From an uncultured Oligoflexia bacterium (GTDB lineage Bacteria; Bdellovibrionota; Bacteriovoracia; Bacteriovoracales; Bacteriovoracaceae): DNA of 39,403 bases. A program made the position numbers and the translations under genes. Under the pieces are notes generated by a model, which saw only the letters and a list, made by a program, of their open reading frames with translations, was not told the DNA's origin and did not search any database. The number at the start of each line of letters is the position of its first letter. Within the stretch, counting starts at the first letter, position 1. Location of the stretch: the NCBI GenBank assembly GCA_963922285.1, contig CAWUIU010000001.1:1-39403 (forward strand). The letters are read 5' to 3'. Below, piece after piece: positions 38,417 to 39,403 of this stretch.

Positions 38417-38751
38417 TTAATGCGAACAATTAAGGAAATGTCTAAGAAGAGAGGAACTTCGCTGAAGGACGACAAAGACACCACCTTTTTGAACACCTAC
38501 ATGGCTACCAATGAATTGAACAGGGACGTCAACTTCATTTTCAACTCCTTTAGAGAGTTCAAGAAGTGAAAAGTGTAACATTTCACGTGTAAGTGAATCT
38601 TTTTAAATAGCCTTATGTAATTCATACTTAGATATTTTAATAGGCTGACTTAGGGTACCTAATCCATAGACAACTCCAAGGATCGTACCATTGTCTCTTA
38701 ATCGACTATTCTTCACATCTAAATCTCTTTTTTTATATGCAATTTATTCAT
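38417..38751 (-). pseudogene. rplY: Decayed ribosomal protein bL25 / general stress protein Ctc gene
   Basis: ATG 38751 MNKLHIKK, frameshift in an A7 run, RDLDVKNSRLRDNGTILGVVYGLGTLSQPIKISKYELHKAI*KDSLTREMLHFSLLELSKGVENEVDVPVQFIGSHVGVQKGGVF. Matches bL25 motifs RLR..G.IP.VVYG, D......LH.DF and V.VPV...G...GV..GG. Confidence 0.82.
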
Positions 38752-38886
38752 TATAACTTTACTATCTGTTTGTAGATATCTAAATGTGTAATCTTTAGCA
38801 CCCTTAAAATTTTCGAGGTGATCAATTATTTTTTCTCTTCTTCTTTTGTAACTAGCGTTTTTAAGGTGAATAACTCATTCTATATT

Positions 38887-39092
38887 TTAGTATGCTCCTA
38901 GAGCACTAATTCTTTTCCGTCTTTGCCTATCACTCATTACAGAGTTTTTGAGTTTATCAATAGATTTTTTTAATACCTCATTAAGATTAGAACCTACTTT
39001 TTCAACATAAACTGTATTTTTATTTGGACGCTTTAATACAACTCCACAAGAAATGTCATTAAAGAGACCCATTTATTACTTTTTTTATTCAT
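38887..39092 (-). pseudogene. HPF-like gene, apparently disrupted at its 5' end
   Basis: Frame 38887-39072 encodes ISCGVVLKRPNKNTVYVEKVGSNLNEVLKKSIDKLKNSVMSDRQRRK (C-terminal HPF pattern). The AAGGAG-preceded ATG at 39092 is out of frame with it. Confidence 0.55.
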
Positions 39093-39225
39093 AATAGACT
39101 CCTTGTCAGTAATCTCTACATATAGTTTACACCAATCATAAATAAATAATACTATATATGGTATTAGATATATATAACGTTAAATTTTTACAAAGACTGG
39201 TACGACAAGGATAGATACAACTTAA

Positions 39226-39402
39226 TCAAGCAGACATCTTCAGATTATAGTCACCACATGTTGATGCTTTTTTTATAACTTCAGGAATAAGACTTTTTAT
39301 CGTTTCTCGAAGATTACTTCCATAGGCCTGAGATCTTGAAAAGCAGTTATTTAGTCTAATCAAAGACTCGACATGAAAGTCCTGTCCTTCCTTAAAAACA
39401 TT
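39226..39402 (-). CDS. HPF-fold-like small protein, 5'-partial (start beyond right edge; absent from ORF track)
   Basis: Manual translation NVFKEGQDFHVESLIRLNNCFSRSQAYGSNLRETIKSLIPEVIKKASTCGDYNLKMSA*, resembling HPF V...E...F.VE..I.......A.A...D...AID. Confidence 0.55.
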   Translation of the reverse strand, partial: NVFKEGQDFHVESLIRLNNCFSRSQAYGSNLRETIKSLIPEVIKKASTCGDYNLKMSA

Positions 39403-39403
39403 T

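Noticed and set aside
1-39403. CRISPR arrays, tRNA/rRNA genes, transposases, prophage or known anti-phage defence genes
   Set aside because: None recognised by eye; intergenic gaps are short and lack periodic repeats. A covariance-model scan was not possible.

Overview
AT-rich bacterial chromosomal window, mostly minus-strand genes. The gene families (TIGR02147/DUF4423-type regulator opposite a secreted 'GGG' protein, FeeM-PilZ fusion, divergent HPF-like proteins) suggest Bdellovibrionota, probably Bacteriovoracaceae/Halobacteriovorax-like; this is inference. The left end holds an NRPS-independent siderophore locus: a secreted His/Cys protein behind a Fur-box-like promoter, an IucA-type synthetase fused to an IucB-type acyltransferase, and iucC running off the edge. 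The middle is accessory metabolism and stress genes: DJ-1/LysR, tldD/tldE, GAF kinase, MBOAT/SGNH pair, NDH-2/LysR, DsbA/DsbB, kinase/IMPase pair, yghU, K+ channel, Nudix-bicupin, arsC and two csp genes. The most striking feature is the last 3 kb, a cluster of up to four divergent HPF/RaiA-like genes, a decayed ribosomal protein bL25/Ctc gene, a TIGR03643 gene and a proline-rich microprotein; part of this is absent from the ORF track. Manual translation shows at least seven broken, truncated or chimeric genes. No rRNA, tRNA, CRISPR array or mobile element was recognised. All family assignments come from recalled motifs, not database searches.
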